A DNA stretch of 64,000 nucleotides from an uncultured Gemmatimonadaceae bacterium (GCA_963781585.1 CAWAGQ010000004.1:384001-448000); one strand, 5' to 3'; counted from the stretch's first letter, positions 52,562 to 62,124 are shown. Notes: generated from the sequence alone by a model not told the origin. Numbers and translations are program-made.

Positions 52562-52564
52562 CCT
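52536..52564 (+). promoter_or_regulatory. Putative sigma70 promoter of the tRNA-Ser pair
   Basis: TTGACT-17 nt-TAACCT, 12 nt before the tRNA. Confidence 0.7.
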
Positions 52565-52576
52565 ACGCGTCCCGAA

Positions 52577-52663
52577 GGACAGGTGTCCGAGTGGTTGAAG
52601 GAGCCGGTCTCGAAAACCGGTATACGGGTAACCGTATCGTGGGTTCGAATCCCACCCTGTCCG
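52577..52663 (+). tRNA. tRNA-Ser(CGA)
   Basis: GGACAGG/CCTGTCC acceptor, CCGGT-CTCGAAA-ACCGG anticodon arm, long variable arm, GGTTCGAATCC, G73; no encoded CCA. Confidence 0.96.
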
Positions 52664-52742
52664 CTGGCCGCGGATGGAGCGCGGGTGCGAGACCGGCGCG
52701 TGCGACACGGAAGACCCTCGCTCGCGATTCCGATGATGGTGA

Positions 52743-52830
52743 GGACAGGTGGCCGAGTGGTTTAAGGCGCACGCCTGGAGAGCGTGTGGGGCTCACAAGG
52801 CTCTCGTGGGTTCGAATCCCACCCTGTCCG
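52743..52830 (+). tRNA. tRNA-Ser(GGA)
   Basis: GGACAGG/CCTGTCC acceptor, CACGC-CTGGAGA-GCGTG anticodon arm, long variable arm, T-loop, G73. Confidence 0.95.
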
Positions 52831-52849
52831 TCGCATTACCCAGCAGACC

Positions 52850-53908
52850 TCAGCCGCCGGTGCCGCCCTGGGCCGTGCCCGCTCGAGTCATCTGGTCGGC
52901 GCCATGCAGTCGCGCGCGCACGGCGTCGAATCCTACCAGGCGTCGTTGCTCGCGGTCCCAGAGCTTCAACGACAGGGTATGGAAGCTCGACCGCAGCGTG
53001 ATGGCGGGGGCGGCGCGGAATGTCTCGCACGCTTCGTGGCAGCGCCGGAGCAAATAGTTGGGAACCCGCGGGTCGCTGTGGTGCACATGATGGAACCCGA
53101 TGCTGCCCGTCAGCCATTCGAGCACACGCGGCAACCGGTAGTATGAGCTGCCGTGCAGCGCCGCCTCGGCGTAGTCCCAGGTGTCGTGTGATTCCCAGTA
53201 GGCGCCGTCGAACTGATGCTGCACGTAGAACAGCCAGATGCCGGCCGCGACCGCGATCGCATAGACGGGCAGGTAAATGGACAACACCCGGCCCACCCCC
53301 AGGAGCGCGAACAGTGTCAGGAACACCAGGGCGATCACGAGGTTGGTGAGGTGGACGCTCCACGCGCGCTTGCCACCATGCCGGGCCGCTGGGGTCTGGA
53401 TGCGCTGAATCAGCAGCAGATACACCGGCCCCAGGCCGAACAGCACCAGGGGATGCCTGGAGGCGCGGTACTTGAATCGTTGCCAGCGAGTCCGCGCCAG
53501 GTATTCGTCGACGGTGAGCGTATCGATGTCACCGAAGCCGCGGCGGTCCAGGTCTCCGGACGACGCATGGTGGAGCGCATGGTCGGTGCGCCACTGGCCG
53601 AACGGGGTGAGCGTGAGGACTCCGGTGACGAAGCCGATGAGTTCATTGGCCCGGCGCGACGGCATGAACGACCCGTGCGCGCAGTCGTGCATGATGATGA
53701 ACGTCCGGACGAAGAATCCCGCCGCCACCGGCGCGATCGCGATCGCGACCCAGTATGAGTAGGTCCGGACCACGAACATCAGCGTGAGGATGGCGAACAG
53801 GGGGAGCAGGGTGTTCCCCAGTTGAATCACGCCCTGACGCACGCTACTGGTGCGGAACGGCACCGTGGGGGGCGTGTCCCGACGACGTGGCGTGGCGCGC
53901 GCGGTCAT
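52850..53908 (-). CDS. Membrane fatty acid desaturase (Bacillus Des-like)
   Basis: His boxes HDCAH, HALHH, HHVHH; LFYVQHQF. Confidence 0.92.
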   Translation of the reverse strand: MTARATPRRRDTPPTVPFRTSSVRQGVIQLGNTLLPLFAILTLMFVVRTYSYWVAIAIAPVAAGFFVRTFIIMHDCAHGSFMPSRRANELIGFVTGVLTLTPFGQWRTDHALHHASSGDLDRRGFGDIDTLTVDEYLARTRWQRFKYRASRHPLVLFGLGPVYLLLIQRIQTPAARHGGKRAWSVHLTNLVIALVFLTLFALLGVGRVLSIYLPVYAIAVAAGIWLFYVQHQFDGAYWESHDTWDYAEAALHGSSYYRLPRVLEWLTGSIGFHHVHHSDPRVPNYLLRRCHEACETFRAAPAITLRSSFHTLSLKLWDREQRRLVGFDAVRARLHGADQMTRAGTAQGGTGG

Positions 53909-53951
53909 CGATGCGGTGAGAGGGACCGGCCGGGGCGGAGTCGGGATCGCC

Positions 53952-54485
53952 TCAGGTGGTCAGGAGGACGCGATCGATCACGTGGATCACGCCGTTGGAG
54001 GCGCGGATGTTGGTCTGCACCAGGCGCGCGTCGTCGACTCGATAGGCATCGGTCCGTGAGGTGAGCTGGAGCTCATCTCCGTCAAGCGGGGTTGCGACCC
54101 GGGGCAGGTCGGGTTTCGGCGCCCGCACTTTTCCTTGCACCACGTGATGGCGCATCACCTCGCCCAAACGGTCGCTGTCGGCCATGAGGGCGTCGAGCTC
54201 GTTCTGCGGCATTCTGGCGAAGGCGCGATCGCTGGGGGCGAACACCGTCAGGGGACCGGCGCCCTGCAGGAGTTCGGTGAGGCCCGAGGCGCGGGCGAGA
54301 TCGACGAACGTGGTGAGGCGCTTGGAGGCCTCGGCGGTGGTCATCAGGTCGTGCTCGTGCGCGTCGGGTGGCCGGACGGCAGCAGCGCGTGGCGGCGGTG
54401 TGGGGTCGGCCGGGGTCGCGGGCGCGGGGTCGGCCTTCGGCGCGCTGACTTTGGCGGGGCGGTGATTCGCTTGGTCGGGTTTCAT
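53952..54485 (-). CDS. Fasciclin (FAS1) domain protein
   Basis: GPLTVFAPSD.AF, HVV.G, I.ASNGVIHVIDRVL; Pro/Ala-rich N-terminus; start approximate. Confidence 0.88.
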   Translation of the reverse strand: MKPDQANHRPAKVSAPKADPAPATPADPTPPPRAAAVRPPDAHEHDLMTTAEASKRLTTFVDLARASGLTELLQGAGPLTVFAPSDRAFARMPQNELDALMADSDRLGEVMRHHVVQGKVRAPKPDLPRVATPLDGDELQLTSRTDAYRVDDARLVQTNIRASNGVIHVIDRVLLTT

Positions 54486-54575
54486 TGGCACGTCCGGCAG
54501 TGGGCCCGGGGTTCCCCGCTGGACGACCGGCCCGAATGCCGCCCCGCACCGATGAAGTATCACCGGGGGCTCGGC

Positions 54576-54614
54576 GATTGTCAATGTTGTGACCTGAACA
54601 TAAGATTGACAATG
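54576..54614. promoter_or_regulatory. Palindromic operator / divergent promoter between the fasciclin gene and the MerR regulator
   Basis: ATTGTCAAT-N19-ATTGACAAT inverted repeat; TGAACA and TTGACA 11 bp apart. Confidence 0.7.
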
Positions 54615-54637
54615 TACTTCCCTCACCCGAATCGGTC

Positions 54638-55615
54638 GTGACGGCGCCCCGGGCCCCGGCGCGCGCGCGCGTGCATCGCCACCCGATGCGCGTGGTGACC
54701 CGGCGCACCGGTCTCAGCGCCGAGCTGCTGCGCGTCTGGGAGCGCCGGTACCACGTGGTGACGCCCGGGCGCACGCAGACCGGGCGTCGTCTGTACTCCG
54801 ACGCCGAGATCGAGCGCCTGCGCCTGCTGTACCGGGCCACGCTGGCCGGGCGCAGCATCGGCCTGATCGCCGGCCTGTCGATGCCGGCTCTGACCGCGCT
54901 GGTGCGGCAGGACGCCGAAGCGGAGCAGGGCGCGGCACGCGCTCCGGTGGCGCCGCCTAACGCGCCGGAGGCCGGCCGGTTCGTCGATCAGGCGCTGCGG
55001 GCGGTGGAGCGGTTCGACGCGCTGGCGCTCGATACGGCGCTGCGGCGCGCGGTGGTCGCGCTCTCGGCGGTCGCCTTCCTCGACGACGTGGTGGCAGTGG
55101 TGCTGGAGCGCGTCGGGGCGCGGTGGCGTGACGGCACGCTGCGGCCGGCACACGGCCATTTCGCCACCGCCGTGGTGCGCCGCGTGCTCGACCGCGTCAC
55201 CGAAACGACGTCGGTGCCGGGCGCGGCGCCGAGAGTGCTGCTGGCGACGCCGGCCGGGCAGCTTCACGAGCTGGGGGCGATGCTCGCCGCCGCCGCGGCC
55301 GCCGCCGAAGGCTGGTCGGTCACCTACCTCGGCGCCAACATACCGGCCGAGGACATCGCCGAAGCCGCGGTGGCGATTCGCGCGCGGGTGGTGGGTCTGA
55401 GTCTGGTCCATCCGCCTAACGATCGCGGGGTGAGCCACGAACTGCGGCGGCTGCGGACGCTGCTGCCGGTCACGATCGCGCTGGTGGTGGGCGGCGCGGC
55501 GGCCGGGGCGTACCGGGACGTGCTCGACGCCATCGGCGCGAAGCACATGAGCGATCTGCGCGCCTGGCGCGCCGATCTCGAGGAGATGACCCGCCGCCGT
55601 CGGCGCGCCGGCTGA
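54638..55615 (+). CDS. MerR-family regulator with cobalamin-binding-type domain (CarH/LitR-like)
   Basis: TGLS..LLRVWERRY..V.P.RT..G.RLYS HTH; VG..W..G.L.....H; TP.G..HELG; YLG.N.P. Confidence 0.88.
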   Translation: MTAPRAPARARVHRHPMRVVTRRTGLSAELLRVWERRYHVVTPGRTQTGRRLYSDAEIERLRLLYRATLAGRSIGLIAGLSMPALTALVRQDAEAEQGAARAPVAPPNAPEAGRFVDQALRAVERFDALALDTALRRAVVALSAVAFLDDVVAVVLERVGARWRDGTLRPAHGHFATAVVRRVLDRVTETTSVPGAAPRVLLATPAGQLHELGAMLAAAAAAAEGWSVTYLGANIPAEDIAEAAVAIRARVVGLSLVHPPNDRGVSHELRRLRTLLPVTIALVVGGAAAGAYRDVLDAIGAKHMSDLRAWRADLEEMTRRRRRAG

Positions 55616-55787
55616 GCGTCGTGGTCCGCGTCGTCCGCTCACGATCGAGGCATCGATCGCGGCGCGCGAACGCCGACACGGACTTCTGGCACCCCTGCGA
55701 TGTGCCCCCTATACTTTTCCTTCTCCCGCCGCGGCATCGCGGACCGCGATCACGCGGTCGCCGACGCACCGCGGCTGGATCCTCAAT

Positions 55788-58400
55788 GTGACTCCTGAAG
55801 TCGACCTAACCGAGACTCTCGAACGTCTCCAGGCCACGCTCAACGACCGATACAGCGTCGAGCGGGTGCTCGGGCGTGGAGGCATGGCCACGGTCTTTCT
55901 GGCCAGGGACGTGCGGCACGATCGCGAAGTCGCGATCAAGGTCCTGCACCCCGACCTTGCTGCCACGATCGGCGGCGACCGTTTCGAGCGCGAGATCCGA
56001 CTCGCCGCCAAACTGCAGCACCCGCACATCCTCGGTATGTACGATTCGGGCGTCGCCGATGGCCTTCTGTACTACGTGATGCCGTTCGTCCAGGGGGAGT
56101 CGTTGCGTGATCGACTCGAGCGCGAGGGACAGCTCCCCATCGACGACGCGCTGCAGATCACGCTCGAGGTCGCCGACGCCCTCGGATACGCGCATCAGCA
56201 GGACATCGTCCACCGCGACATCAAGCCCGAGAATATCCTCCTCGCAAACGGCCATGCCCTCGTGGCCGACTTCGGGATCGCGCGGGCGGCGCACGATGGC
56301 GGTGGTCAGAAGCTGACGCAGACCGGCATGGCGCTCGGCACACCCGTCTACATGAGCCCCGAACAGGCGTCGGGTGAAGCGGTCGGTCCCGCGGCCGACA
56401 TCTATAGTCTGGGCTGCGTGCTGTACGAGATGCTCGCGGGCGAACCGCCGTTCACCGGCAAGAACGCCATGGCGATCATGGCCCGGCACGCGATGGAGGG
56501 CGTGCCGAGCGTCCGGATCATCCGGGCCTCGGTGCCGGAGGAGGTGGAGGAGGCGATCCTCGCGGCGATGGAGAAGGCGGTCGCCGACCGGCCGAAGTCG
56601 GCGGCCGAGTTTGCGGCGATCCTTGGCACGCCGCTCGGCTCCACAGCCATGCGTCGCGTCACGATGCGCCACACGGCCGCTCGGCGGGTTTCGGGCGCAG
56701 GGCTTCGTACTTTCGCGCAAGCAGGCCCGGTCTGGAAGCGGCCGTGGGTGCTCGGGGGCACCGCGGCCGCGGTCCTCGTGGCGGCGTTCTCGGCATGGAA
56801 GCTCGTTGGGCGGTCGTCTGCCGGCGCGACCGTCGCCTCCGCCGATCCACGCGCCTGGGTGGTCGCGGTGCGCTACCTCGAGGACGGCTCGTCAGGGCAC
56901 GAGTTCGGTGACGTGGCCAGCCGCCTGACCGAGGCGCTGATCGGAGACCTTCAGCAGATCCCCAGGCTCACCGTCCGGACTCGCGGTGCCGTGGCGCCAT
57001 TTCGCGACGCGGATGTCACGCGGGACAGCATCGCTCGCGCGCTCGACGTCGGGACGCTCGTCGAGGGCTCGGTGCAGCCCGACGGGAAGGACAAGGTCAC
57101 CATCTCGACCCGGCTGTACGACGCCAACGGCACGGACCTCGGGGTGCGGAAATCGATTACCGTACCCCGCGACTCGCTCTTCCTGGCCGAGGACGCCGTT
57201 GCCGCGGAAGTGGCCGCCTCGCTGAAGCAGCGGCTCGGCAGCGAGATCGAGCTGCGTACCACGCGCGCCGGCACGCGGAGCATGGCGGCCTGGACGCTGT
57301 TCAGCCGCGCCGAGAAACTGCTGGACGATGCGCAGGCGCTACTGAGGGCGAATTCCGACAGCAGCGCGATGCTCGTCGCGCTGACTGATTCGCTGTTACG
57401 TCAGGCGGAGTCGAGCGATGCCACGTGGATCGAGCCGAAGCTCCTGCGCGGGGAGGCCGCGCTGCACCGCGCCCGCCTGGCGAGCATCGCCCTGGAGCAG
57501 AACCGCGGAAGTGTCGAACAGGTGAGCCGGCTCCTCGACACGGCGCTGGTGCGCGCGAACGACGCGATGGCCGCGGATCCGACGAGCGCGAGGGCGCAGG
57601 CGCTTCGCGGGACCGTGGAGTACGCCAAGTGGCGTGATCGTGCGCTGTCCGACGCCGTGCGCCACGGCTTCCTCGACAATGCCCGCAACGACCTGGAGTC
57701 GGCGGTGCAGCGCGACCCCCGGATCGCGAGCGCCGACGTGACACTGAGCAACCTGTATTACGACGAGGAGGACGTTCCGACCGCGAACAAGTACGCCCGG
57801 GCGGCCTACGAAGCCGACGCCTTCCTCTCGAACACGGCAGGAATCCTGGTGCGACTCTTCTGGACGTCGTACGATACGAACCTCCTCGCCGACGCCCGGA
57901 AGTGGTGCGACGAGGGAGCGAAGCGATTTCCGACGAACTACAATTTCGCGATCTGCGGGCTCTGGTTGATGCTGATTCCGAATGCGGAGCCCGACGCTGC
58001 CAGGGCCTGGAGCCTGGCGGCGCGCGTCGACTCGCTGGCGCCCCAGACAACGAAGTCCTTTCAATCACACCTGGCACGCATGATCGTGGCGGGGGTGATT
58101 GGTCGGGCCGCGAAGGCGGCGCCGATCGCCGGCCAGCAAGCAGCCCTTCGCGACAGCGCGGAGAATGTCATCGCGAGTGCCCGCGCTGATCCCACCATCG
58201 ACCCGGAAGGCGAGCTGCCCGGCTACGAGGCGCTCGTGCGGACGCAGATGGGTGACTACGCCAGGGCGGTTACGATGCTGACGCAATACGTAGCCACGCA
58301 TCCCACGCACACATTCCTTGTCGGATCGAATGTGCACTGGTGGTGGAGGAGCCTGCAGAACCAGCCTGGGTTCCAGGCGCTGAAGGCCCGCGCGCGCTGA
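55788..58400 (+). CDS. Hanks-type Ser/Thr kinase with TM, TolB-N-like and TPR-like extracytoplasmic region
   Basis: LGRGGMATV, VAIK, HRDIKPEN, DFGIAR, GTP.YMSPEQ, DIYSLG. Confidence 0.93.
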   Translation: MTPEVDLTETLERLQATLNDRYSVERVLGRGGMATVFLARDVRHDREVAIKVLHPDLAATIGGDRFEREIRLAAKLQHPHILGMYDSGVADGLLYYVMPFVQGESLRDRLEREGQLPIDDALQITLEVADALGYAHQQDIVHRDIKPENILLANGHALVADFGIARAAHDGGGQKLTQTGMALGTPVYMSPEQASGEAVGPAADIYSLGCVLYEMLAGEPPFTGKNAMAIMARHAMEGVPSVRIIRASVPEEVEEAILAAMEKAVADRPKSAAEFAAILGTPLGSTAMRRVTMRHTAARRVSGAGLRTFAQAGPVWKRPWVLGGTAAAVLVAAFSAWKLVGRSSAGATVASADPRAWVVAVRYLEDGSSGHEFGDVASRLTEALIGDLQQIPRLTVRTRGAVAPFRDADVTRDSIARALDVGTLVEGSVQPDGKDKVTISTRLYDANGTDLGVRKSITVPRDSLFLAEDAVAAEVAASLKQRLGSEIELRTTRAGTRSMAAWTLFSRAEKLLDDAQALLRANSDSSAMLVALTDSLLRQAESSDATWIEPKLLRGEAALHRARLASIALEQNRGSVEQVSRLLDTALVRANDAMAADPTSARAQALRGTVEYAKWRDRALSDAVRHGFLDNARNDLESAVQRDPRIASADVTLSNLYYDEEDVPTANKYARAAYEADAFLSNTAGILVRLFWTSYDTNLLADARKWCDEGAKRFPTNYNFAICGLWLMLIPNAEPDAARAWSLAARVDSLAPQTTKSFQSHLARMIVAGVIGRAAKAAPIAGQQAALRDSAENVIASARADPTIDPEGELPGYEALVRTQMGDYARAVTMLTQYVATHPTHTFLVGSNVHWWWRSLQNQPGFQALKARAR

Positions 58401-58573
58401 GTCGTGCGAGACCTGGCCCGCGTTCCTGGTGCGCGAGTGGTCTCGACCAACTCCGATGGTGCCGATGCGGTGGTTGGGCCTAACTGTATGCGTACCACTG
58501 CCAAGCGGAATCACACGCGTGCGACGGGCAGCTGGCGATTCCTCCACTTGCAGTCCGGCGGTAAGCTTCCCCG

Positions 58574-59431
58574 TCAAGGAGACCATTCGTACTCAGACGC
58601 TGCGGGGGCAGTGGGCCTCGGGAGAAAGGTGAGCGGCGGCACCCGCCCGAGGCTGTCGTGGGGCCGCTGCGTGTTGTAGGTCGTGAGCCACTGCGCGGTG
58701 AGGTCGCGCACTTCCGCGATGGACGTGAAGACGTAGGCATCCAGCACTTCGGTGCGATAGGTCCGGTTGAAGCGTTCGATATACGCGTTCTGCTGCGGCT
58801 TCCCCGGCTGGATGTAGAGCAGCGCGATGCCGCGCTGGGCGCACCACCGGGTGATCGCGATTGAGGTCAGCTCGGGGCCGTTGTCGAGACGCAGGCCACT
58901 GGGCTGGCCGTGGACCGCGACGAGATCATCGAGCACCCCGATGACCCGAATGCTCGGGAGCGAGCGCGCCACCTCGATGGCGAGGCCTTCCCGATTCCCC
59001 TCATCCAGGATGTTGCACGTCCGAAAGCTGCGGCCGTCGTAGAGGGCATCCGTCATGAAGTCGAGCGCCCAGATGTGATTGAGCTGGGCTGGGGCCGCCA
59101 AGGGATGCGGCACCCGCTTCGGACGCCGACGCCGCGTGCGCCGCGGCAGATTGAGGCGGAGCGCGCAGTACACGCGGTGGGCGCGCTTGTGATTCCAGGC
59201 GTGGCCGGTGTTCCGCAACCGATCAAAGCACTTCCAGAATCCCCAGCGGCTATTCACGGCGACCACCGCCTGCAACGCGTCGATCACCGGCGCGTCGTGG
59301 AGCACGCGCTCTGTGGGCGGGCGGTAGTAGGCCGCCCGCGCCAGTCGGACCAGCCGGCAGGCACCCCGCACGGAGAGGCCGTGCGTGCCGGCGAGGATCT
59401 CGACTGCCTCCCGCTTCGCGGACGGCGTCAC
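58574..59431 (-). CDS. IS3-family transposase OrfB (DDE integrase domain)
   Basis: WNHKR..RVY, WALDF, DNGPE, PGKP.QN..IERFN. Confidence 0.93.
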   Translation of the reverse strand: MTPSAKREAVEILAGTHGLSVRGACRLVRLARAAYYRPPTERVLHDAPVIDALQAVVAVNSRWGFWKCFDRLRNTGHAWNHKRAHRVYCALRLNLPRRTRRRRPKRVPHPLAAPAQLNHIWALDFMTDALYDGRSFRTCNILDEGNREGLAIEVARSLPSIRVIGVLDDLVAVHGQPSGLRLDNGPELTSIAITRWCAQRGIALLYIQPGKPQQNAYIERFNRTYRTEVLDAYVFTSIAEVRDLTAQWLTTYNTQRPHDSLGRVPPLTFLPRPTAPAASEYEWSP

Positions 59432-59694
59432 AACTTTCGGCTCAGGACGTCTTTGATCGCCGCATTCTCCAGCGCGAGCTCGGCGTACATGCGTTTGAGC
59501 TTCGCGTTCTCCTGCTCCAGTTCCTTGAGGCGAGCCAGATCCTTCACGCTGGCCCCACCGTACTTCGACTTCCACAGAAAGTAGGTCGGTCGGCTGATGC
59601 CGTGCTTCCGCACAATCTCCGGCACCGGAACGCCGGCCTCGCCTTCCTTCAGAATCGCGACGATCTGCGACTCCGTGAATCGGGACTTCCGCAT
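59428..59694 (-). CDS. IS3-family transposase OrfA (HTH + leucine zipper)
   Basis: MRKSRFTESQIV.IL, RKHGIS..T...WKSKYGG, LKELE.EN.KLK. Confidence 0.93.
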   Translation of the reverse strand: MRKSRFTESQIVAILKEGEAGVPVPEIVRKHGISRPTYFLWKSKYGGASVKDLARLKELEQENAKLKRMYAELALENAAIKDVLSRKL

Positions 59695-59925
59695 GGATGA
59701 TGCCTCCTGTAGGCACCTCGGAAAGTCCAACTACGAACGGTCTGCGCGGAAGGGGAGCTTACCCGGCGATGACTACTTCCCAATCGCCAGCTACATCGAC
59801 CGTCGGTCTATCCCGATGGTGGTTACCGACGTATGATGGGATACCGGTTACCGGTTACGGCTAGCCGCGAGCGCCGGTTACTACTGACTGGCGCATGCTA
59901 GCGTCCGCGCGCACAGGAGACTGCG

Positions 59926-61857
59926 ATGAAACGACTGCTCGCCTGCCTAACGATCCTTGGCCTCGCGGCATGCGCGGGAGGCGATGTTACCACTCCGACG
60001 CGAGTGCCGGCCGGGCCCGCCAGCTTCTCTATATCTGACGGTGCACACACGAACGGGAATCCGGATTTCTTCTTCCTGCCGCCGATGGTGTCGAGTCCGA
60101 CGTCCAATGCTAACTTTGACGCCAATGGCTTTGACGGGGGTCAGACGCCGCAGGTCGTGATCTGCACGGAAGCCGGGACAGGCGAGGCAAGCTTCGTTTC
60201 TGGTTGTGTGACCACTATCACCTCACTTCAGCTCTCGTCAGCCGACGTTTCATCCGGCGAGTACCACGTCAACTGGAAAGTTCCTGATTCAGACGTGGTG
60301 TTCTATCGCGTGGACGTACAGGTGGATGGCACGTCACTGGGCTATGCCGACCTCGAAACCGGGAGCAATGGTTCTCAGCTCAAGAACGTCACGACCGGCG
60401 ACTACGTGCCGCTCGTCGATGGCCGCACGCTTCCGATCAAGTTTCGGATCGAGAAGGGAGCGCTCTGCAGCCTGTCATCATTCGGATGCAACGGCTCCGG
60501 CGTAGTGAACCTGAGGAGCGGCGGTGAGGTAAAAGGCGATCATGGAGGCGTCAGGATTCCACCGCAGGGCAACGGCGGACCAACTACGATTACGGTTGCG
60601 AGCTGCCCCGACATACCGTCGGATCTCCGGCACTTCGGCAGTTGCGTCCGCGTGACGGCAAACCCGCCGCTGACCACTCCACTGACTGTGCCAGCGACCG
60701 TGTTCGTTTGCAACGCCGAGGCGGAAGCGAGTGTGCTTGGTCACCCCCAGGAGGACCGGGTCACGCTGCATCGCTACGATGCGCCCAGCACCCAAGCCCT
60801 GCCGCATGCGAGCGATGACTGCTTGCACCTGATTGGTGCTGTGCCCACGGTTGGCCAGATGTTCGCCAACCTCCTCCACGGTCGACTCAAGTCCGCAGGT
60901 CACGACCTCGTGGCGCTGGTGGGTCCGAAGCCGCTGTACGCGCTCCATCAGGGAGGAGGCGGCGAGTCCGTGGGCTTCAGTGACTTCCAGTTCCTGCTGC
61001 CGGCATGGATGGAGAAGTGCCTTGGCGACCACCAGGTGGCTGACGTTGGCGCAACGCTGTCGAGTCCACAGCCGACGGTGTGCGTTCGGGACGTGCTCGG
61101 GGATCCCGTGGCTGGGGCCACCGTGCACTTCGCCACCATGGACGGGTCCGTCGCACCCGCTTCTGTCACCACCGGCGTGAACGGGCAGGCCGCCGTGGAC
61201 TGGACGCTCGGAACCCTCGGTACAAATACGCTCACGGCGAGTGGCAACGGCTTGGCAGGCGACGATCACAACGGTCCGCGCTCTGGGGTAGATCCGTTCC
61301 AGCCGCTGGATCCGACCTTTGATGGAAGCAACGGACCGGCAGTGCCGGTGGTGACCGGCGCGGTCCAGTTCACGGCAACGGGTCAGCTGCCCTACGGCGG
61401 TGCGTCCGGATGGTCCTATCAGATTGACAACTCCCCGCCGGCCAACTGGTACTCGACGACGACGTCCCCATTCAGCGCTACGGGAAGCACGCCGTTCGGA
61501 AGCGCCAACACGGACTGCGACCTTAACAATGCGGGCTTTAGCACCGATTGGCCCTCGCTTCCACTCACCTACTTGTATGCCAGGAGATCCTTCACCCTGG
61601 CCACCGCAGCGACGGTGTCGATCGGAGTCGCGATTGACAACGACGTTCAGGTGTTTCTTGACGGAACAGACATCACCAGCAACAACGATCAATTGATGAC
61701 GCCGGTCAACGGCGTGCTTGTTCACGAAGGCTGCCCGACCCCCGACTGGGTCACGTTCCAGCGCGCGGTGGTTCCCGGGTCCCACATTCTCGCAATCCTC
61801 GCCAAGGATCGCGGAATCAGTTCGTATCTCGACGTGCGGGTGTCGATTCAGCCATAA
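59926..61857 (+). CDS. Large Cys-containing surface lipoprotein with Big-1-like Ig domain and C-terminal jelly-roll-like domain
   Basis: AGGAG RBS, lipobox LAAC, GDHQ...V.D..G.PVAGATV.F...T..NG.A...WTLG motif, Y.RRSF...IDND..VFLDG. Confidence 0.75.
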   Translation: MKRLLACLTILGLAACAGGDVTTPTRVPAGPASFSISDGAHTNGNPDFFFLPPMVSSPTSNANFDANGFDGGQTPQVVICTEAGTGEASFVSGCVTTITSLQLSSADVSSGEYHVNWKVPDSDVVFYRVDVQVDGTSLGYADLETGSNGSQLKNVTTGDYVPLVDGRTLPIKFRIEKGALCSLSSFGCNGSGVVNLRSGGEVKGDHGGVRIPPQGNGGPTTITVASCPDIPSDLRHFGSCVRVTANPPLTTPLTVPATVFVCNAEAEASVLGHPQEDRVTLHRYDAPSTQALPHASDDCLHLIGAVPTVGQMFANLLHGRLKSAGHDLVALVGPKPLYALHQGGGGESVGFSDFQFLLPAWMEKCLGDHQVADVGATLSSPQPTVCVRDVLGDPVAGATVHFATMDGSVAPASVTTGVNGQAAVDWTLGTLGTNTLTASGNGLAGDDHNGPRSGVDPFQPLDPTFDGSNGPAVPVVTGAVQFTATGQLPYGGASGWSYQIDNSPPANWYSTTTSPFSATGSTPFGSANTDCDLNNAGFSTDWPSLPLTYLYARRSFTLATAATVSIGVAIDNDVQVFLDGTDITSNNDQLMTPVNGVLVHEGCPTPDWVTFQRAVVPGSHILAILAKDRGISSYLDVRVSIQP

Positions 61858-61879
61858 GGTTGGTCTTGACAGACGGACT

Positions 61880-61910
61880 GGAAAGGGCGGCCCACCGGGC
61901 CGCCCTTTCC
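61880..61910. terminator. Perfect 14-bp hairpin, probable terminator
   Basis: GGAAAGGGCGGCCC-ACC-GGGCCGCCCTTTCC after the lipoprotein stop; short U tract. Confidence 0.7.
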
Positions 61911-62124
61911 CGCTCACCGACGACCGTGTATGCAGATTCTACGCCTCCTAGGTGCGAAGGCCTGCGGACACGACCGCCGCGGACGTCTGGACCGCTCGAC
62001 GATCCCGATGTGCGGATTACCTTCTCGATGACGGATCCACCACCGCAGATTCACCCGTCGGTCCGGAGCGGTCCCATCCGAACCCGCACAGATCGCGCCC
62101 TCGCAGCCATCTCGCGCTGAGTCC

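Larger units (their letters stand above)
58560..59763 (-). mobile_element. IS3-family insertion sequence (IS407-like), 1204 bp
   Basis: 39-bp imperfect terminal inverted repeats (28/39 by my alignment) starting GGTAAGCT; CGGC direct repeat on both flanks; orfA/orfB. Confidence 0.93.

Noticed and set aside
52577..52830. tRNA-Sec near selB
   Set aside because: Anticodons are CGA and GGA with 7-bp acceptor stems; both are ordinary tRNA-Ser.
58574..59716. Single 380-aa transposase ORF
   Set aside because: Its N-terminal part is the off-frame reading of orfA; the real organisation is orfA plus -1 orfB.
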